DNA of 11,795 nt from Candidatus Eiseniibacteriota bacterium (GTDB lineage: Bacteria; Eisenbacteria; RBG-16-71-46; JABDJR01; JAWXBZ01): positions 1 through 11,795 of the forward strand of contig JAWXBZ010000109.1 of the NCBI GenBank assembly GCA_034440375.1, given 5' to 3'. A program made the position numbers and the translations under genes. The number at the start of each line of letters is the position of its first letter. Positions within the stretch are counted from its first letter, which is position 1. Below are positions 8,095-11,795 of the stretch, piece after piece. The notes under the pieces are model-generated. The model was given only the letters and a program-made list of their open reading frames with translations. It searched no databases and was not told where the DNA came from.

Positions 8095-8109
8095 GATTGC
8101 CGACTCCGC

Positions 8110-8979
8110 TTAGACACGAAATACGAGGTACTTGAGATAGTAATAGACGACCGGCGTGACGAAAAACAGACTGTCGAATCGATCCAGCACACCGCCGTGC
8201 CCCGGAATCAGCTCCCCGGCGTCCTTCACGCCAAAATCGCGCTTCAGCAGTGACTCGACCAGATCGCCGATCGGTCCGACGATGCCGGCCACCAGGCCGA
8301 GAAGCACCGAATCCCGGATCCCCAGCATCGGCACGATCCAGAGCCCGCCGACGAGGCCAGCCAGGATTGAGGCCGCGACGCCGCCCAGGGACCCCTCGAT
8401 CGTCTTTCGCGGGCTCACCGCGGCAAAGAGTGGACGCCGGCCCAGCCATCGCCCGACGAAGTAGGCTCCGGAGTCACCGGCCCAGGTGATCAGCAGCGTG
8501 AAATAGACCAGCCGGGCACCCAGTTCATCCGCCGCACCCATCGAGCGCGGCATCTGACGAAGCAGCCCGAGGTGACCGCCGAGCCAGCCTACGTAGAAGA
8601 CGCCGAGCACCGTCGCGCCAAGATTGCCCACGGAACCGGCCGGCCGGCCGCGTTGCAGTTCCAGGACCAGGACGAGCAGAAAGAAGATGGTGACCGCGAG
8701 GCCGGAGGCCGCGTTGTGCCCTTCGTACATGAGGGCCGCCAGTGCCGCCGCCGCCAGAACCCCGAGCCAGTGATGCGGATCGGCTCCCTTGTGGCGGGCC
8801 ATCCGGAAAAACTCGACCGACCCCAGGACAACCATGGCCTCGATGAAGAGGAGGAACGGCCACCCGCCCCGGTGAACCAGCAACAGCACCACCGGCAGGA
8901 GCAGGATGCCGGACACCACCCGGCGCACCAGCGACGATCCGCCTGTCGCCACCCGTCCCGCCGGGGACGAGGCGCTCAC
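8110..8979 (-). CDS. cdsA: Phosphatidate cytidylyltransferase (CDP-diacylglycerol synthase)
   Basis: Multiple TM segments plus DSGAYFVG, VSPRKTIEG and GDLVESLLKRDFGVKDAGELIPGHGGVLDRFDS. The GTG start overlaps the uppS stop (GTGA). Confidence 0.97.
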   Translation of the reverse strand: MSASSPAGRVATGGSSLVRRVVSGILLLPVVLLLVHRGGWPFLLFIEAMVVLGSVEFFRMARHKGADPHHWLGVLAAAALAALMYEGHNAASGLAVTIFFLLVLVLELQRGRPAGSVGNLGATVLGVFYVGWLGGHLGLLRQMPRSMGAADELGARLVYFTLLITWAGDSGAYFVGRWLGRRPLFAAVSPRKTIEGSLGGVAASILAGLVGGLWIVPMLGIRDSVLLGLVAGIVGPIGDLVESLLKRDFGVKDAGELIPGHGGVLDRFDSLFFVTPVVYYYLKYLVFRV

Positions 8980-9725
8980 GTCACCTTGCCGAATCGACGA
9001 TCCCGCCTCTGGAAGTCACGGACAGCCAGGAAGAGATGCTCCTTGCGAAAATCCGGCCAGTAGAGTTCGGTGACCCAAATTTCCGCGTATGCCAGTTGCC
9101 ACAGGAGGAAATTCGAGAGGCGCATCTCGCCGCTGGTACGAATCAGGAGATCCGGATCGGGGATGTCCGCCGTGTAAAGCCGATCGGCGAAGGCGGCCTC
9201 GGAAAGGAGGGCCGGGTCGAGTTTACCGGCCGCGGCGTCCTCCGCAATGGCACGCGCCGCATCCACGATTTCGGTGCGTCCGCCGTACGACAATGCCAGA
9301 TTCAGCAGCATGCCGCTGCCACCGGCCAGTTCGGCGATCGTCTCGTCGAGGGCTTTTCGGACCGGTGCCGGCAAATCCTGGGGCCGGCCGATGACGCCGA
9401 GTCGGATGCCGTTCTGCTTCAACTCGGCCTTTTCCTCACGGAGCGTGGCTTCGAGAAAAGCCATGAGGGCCTTGATTTCCATTGCCGGGCGCTGCCAGTT
9501 CTCGATGCTGAACGTGTAGAGCGTCAGCGCTTCGATACCGAGTTCACGGCACCCCTCCACCACTTCGCGCACCGGCTTTCGGCCGGCCTGGTGGCCGAAG
9601 ATCCTGGGTTGTCCGCGATCCTTGGCCCATCGTCCGTTGCCATCCATGATGACGGCCACGTGGCGCGGGATGGGGCCACAGGCGATAAGCTCTTCGCGAA
9701 GGGCTTCGAGGCTTTTCGTGGCCAT
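8976..9725 (-). CDS. uppS: Undecaprenyl diphosphate synthase / cis-isoprenyl transferase
   Basis: PRHVAVIMDGNGRWA, LYTFSIENWQRP, LSYGGR, PDLLIRTSGEMRLSNFLLWQ, C-terminal RRFG. Confidence 0.98.
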   Translation of the reverse strand: MATKSLEALREELIACGPIPRHVAVIMDGNGRWAKDRGQPRIFGHQAGRKPVREVVEGCRELGIEALTLYTFSIENWQRPAMEIKALMAFLEATLREEKAELKQNGIRLGVIGRPQDLPAPVRKALDETIAELAGGSGMLLNLALSYGGRTEIVDAARAIAEDAAAGKLDPALLSEAAFADRLYTADIPDPDLLIRTSGEMRLSNFLLWQLAYAEIWVTELYWPDFRKEHLFLAVRDFQRRDRRFGKVT

Positions 9726-9751
9726 GGGCGTCGGTGGATGTCTTGACAGCG

Positions 9752-9779
9752 GTCGAAAGTCCCCCTCGGGACTTTCGAC
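9752..9779. promoter_or_regulatory. Perfect 12-bp stem-loop in the frr-uppS intergenic region (stabiliser, processing site or U-tract-less terminator)
   Basis: GTCGAAAGTCCC-cctc-GGGACTTTCGAC on the + strand, starting 7 nt after the frr stop. No poly-U follows on either strand, so the function is inferred. Confidence 0.7.
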
Positions 9780-9786
9780 TACGGTA

Positions 9787-10347
9787 CTAGACCTCCATGA
9801 CCTCCGCCTCTTTCTTCGTCACCAGTTCGTCGATCTGTGCGACGTACTTGTCGGTCAACTTCTGGCAATCGGCGACGGCTCGTTTTTCGTCGTCCTCGGA
9901 GATGGCCTTGTCCTTGAGCAACTTCTTGATCTCGTCGTTGGCGTGATGGCGAACGGCGCGGATGGCGACGCGCCCCTCTTCCGCCAGTTTCTTGACCATC
10001 TTCACCAGGTCCCGGCGCCGCTCCTCGTTCAGGCTCGGAACGGGAACCTTGAGCACCGAGCCGTCGTCCTGGGGATTCAATCCCATCTCCGCCGCCTGGA
10101 TTGCCCGGGCGATCGGCTGGAGCATGTTCTTTTCCCATGGGGTCACGACCAGGAGTCGCGCCTCCGGCACGGAGATCGAAGCCACCTGGTTAACCGGCAC
10201 CATCGAGCCGTAGTAGTCGACCTTGACCGTGTCAAGGAGCGCGGCCGTGGCTTTGCCGGTGCGGATGCTGGTGAATTCGTGGCGGACGGTTTCCGCCGAC
10301 TTCTTCATCTTTTCCTCGGCGGTCGAAAGCACTTGCTTGACAGGCAT
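9787..10347 (-). CDS. frr: Ribosome recycling factor
   Basis: IRTGKA, VDYYGSMVPVNQVASIS, GLNPQDDG, PSLNEERRRDLVK, QKLTDKY; 186 aa; SD GGAGGG in the end of pyrH. Confidence 0.98.
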   Translation of the reverse strand: MPVKQVLSTAEEKMKKSAETVRHEFTSIRTGKATAALLDTVKVDYYGSMVPVNQVASISVPEARLLVVTPWEKNMLQPIARAIQAAEMGLNPQDDGSVLKVPVPSLNEERRRDLVKMVKKLAEEGRVAIRAVRHHANDEIKKLLKDKAISEDDEKRAVADCQKLTDKYVAQIDELVTKKEAEVMEV

Positions 10348-10352
10348 CAGTT

Positions 10353-11072
10353 CTATCCCTCCATGACCAGGGTGCCGATCGCTTCCCCCTGGACGAGCCG
10401 AAGCAGGTTGCCGGGAACGTTCACGTTGAAGACGACAATCGGAAGTTTGTTGTCCCGACAGAGCTGGAAGGCGGTCGAGTCCATCACCTTGAGTTCCTTG
10501 AACAGAACATCCTGGAACGTGACCCGATCGTACAACGCGGCGGTGGGGACTTTCATCGGGTCGTCGCTGTAGATGCCGTCGACCTTGGTGGCCTTGATGA
10601 CCACGTCGGCCCCGATTTCGACGGCCCGCAGCACGGCCGCCGTGTCGGTGGTGAAGTAGGGATTGCCGGTTCCGGCGGCCAGGATCACCACGCGCCCCTT
10701 TTCGAGGTGGCGGATGGCCCGACGGCGGATGAACGGCTCGGCGATCCGCTGCATGTCGATGGCCGACATGACCCGCGTCTTGACGCCGCGATGTTCCAGG
10801 GCATCTTGCAGGGCCAGCGAGTTGATGACGGTGGCCAGCATCCCCATCTGGTCCCCGACGACCCGGTCCATGCCGGCGGCGGCGCCGGCAAGGCCACGGT
10901 AGATGTTACCCCCGCCGACCACGATCCCCATTTCGACGCCGGTTTCGTGAACGGTCTTGAGTTCCGCGGCGATCTCGCCGAGTCGGAGCGGTGCGAGTCC
11001 ATAACCCTCGCCGCCGGCCAGTACTTCGCCGGACAATTTCAGCAGTATTCGCCGGTACGGGCGCTCAGTCAT
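10353..11072 (-). CDS. pyrH: UMP kinase
   Basis: [61 protein letters not shown]. Confidence 0.99.
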   Translation of the reverse strand: MTERPYRRILLKLSGEVLAGGEGYGLAPLRLGEIAAELKTVHETGVEMGIVVGGGNIYRGLAGAAAGMDRVVGDQMGMLATVINSLALQDALEHRGVKTRVMSAIDMQRIAEPFIRRRAIRHLEKGRVVILAAGTGNPYFTTDTAAVLRAVEIGADVVIKATKVDGIYSDDPMKVPTAALYDRVTFQDVLFKELKVMDSTAFQLCRDNKLPIVVFNVNVPGNLLRLVQGEAIGTLVMEG

Positions 11073-11084
11073 GATTGCGGTCCG

Positions 11085-11684
11085 TCAGGCTCCTTCGCCC
11101 AACGCGAAGCGCGCAAAGCGCCGGACAACGATGTTCTCGCCGAGCTTTCCGCTGATTTCCTTGACCACGATGTCGACCGTCTTCGAGTCATCCTTGATGA
11201 ACGGCTGCTCGAGCAGGACGGTCTCGGCGAAGAACTTGTCCACCTTGCCCTGGAGAATCTTTTCCATGACGGCGGCCGGCTTCTTCTGGTCGGCCATCTG
11301 GGCCAGGAAGACCTCGCGCTCCTTGGCCACGATGGACTCCGGGATCTCCTCGCGGCGCACGCTCCTCGGGGAGGCTGCCGCCACCTGCATGGCCAGGTCC
11401 TTGACCAGGTTCAGGAAGTCGTCGGTCTTGGCCACGAAGTCGGTTTCGCAGCTGACCTGGATCAGGACCCCCACCCGGCCGCCCGGATGAATATAGCTGT
11501 GCACGAGGCCTTCGGATGCCTCGCGGTCGGACTTCTTCTCGGCCTTGGCGATACCGGTCTTCCTAAGATGCTCGATGGCGGCGTCGATGTCGCCGTTCGT
11601 CTCCGAAAGTGCCCTCTTGCAATCCATCATGCCCGCGCCGGTCCGGGCGCGAAGCTCGGACACCTGGTTGGCGGTAATTGTCAT
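11085..11684 (-). CDS. tsf: Translation elongation factor Ts (short ~200-aa form)
   Basis: LRARTGAGMMDCKRAL, EGLVHSYIH, CETDFVAK, LAMQVAA, LLEQPFIKD, GENIVVRRFARF. Confidence 0.99.
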   Translation of the reverse strand: MTITANQVSELRARTGAGMMDCKRALSETNGDIDAAIEHLRKTGIAKAEKKSDREASEGLVHSYIHPGGRVGVLIQVSCETDFVAKTDDFLNLVKDLAMQVAAASPRSVRREEIPESIVAKEREVFLAQMADQKKPAAVMEKILQGKVDKFFAETVLLEQPFIKDDSKTVDIVVKEISGKLGENIVVRRFARFALGEGA

Positions 11685-11706
11685 GGTTCGCTCCTTATTA
11701 ATTTCA
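11685..11706 (-). promoter_or_regulatory. Strong ribosome-binding site of tsf with AU-rich upstream enhancer
   Basis: Minus strand reads TGAAATTAATAAGGAGCGAACC-ATG. AAGGAG (11696-11691) lies 6 nt before the start and follows a markedly AT-rich patch. Confidence 0.8.
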
Positions 11707-11779
11707 AAGGTCTGGATGGTTTGTCATCTCGATGAAACCGATGGGTTGCGTTCTGACCGTGCTTCGTGAAGCCGGCCTC

Positions 11780-11795
11780 GCCGGGCGCGCCCGGC
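11780..11795. repeat. Perfect 16-bp GC palindrome at the window edge (probable top of a longer intergenic hairpin upstream of tsf)
   Basis: GCCGGGCGCGCCCGGC is its own reverse complement and ends exactly at the window edge. Confidence 0.55.

Noticed and set aside
9743..9748. Perfect TTGACA (-35-like) on the + strand, also at 10337-10342, as possible antisense promoters
   Set aside because: Neither has a -10-like hexamer at 16-18 nt spacing.
9752..9779. Classical Rho-independent terminator call
   Set aside because: No U-tract on either side of the stem, so it is kept only as a stem-loop of unknown function.
1..11795. CRISPR arrays, tRNA/rRNA genes, IS elements, prophage or defence genes
   Set aside because: Nearly all bases belong to recognisable envelope or housekeeping CDSs. 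I saw no spaced direct repeats, terminal inverted repeats or transposase/integrase motifs.

Overview
A GC-rich bacterial window in which every credible gene is on the minus strand, forming one tightly packed operon-like block: tsf - pyrH - frr - uppS - cdsA - dxr - GT4 glycosyltransferase - rseP - Omp85 (3-POTRA, TamA-like) - TamB/AsmA-like protein (partial, runs off the left edge and is missing from the ORF track). The backbone is the well-known translation/isoprenoid/phospholipid cluster. It differs from the usual order in two ways: a GT4 gene lies between dxr and rseP, and the position after rseP, which often holds a 5-POTRA bamA followed by skp/lpxD, holds a 3-POTRA non-lipoprotein Omp85 overlapping a TamB-like gene. 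I found no mobile elements, CRISPR arrays or RNA genes. The short EF-Ts and the RTGKA variant of RRF weakly suggest an FCB-group-like diderm (inference). The best candidate for something undescribed is a lipid synthesis/glycosylation plus TAM-like transport module, but this rests only on gene context.
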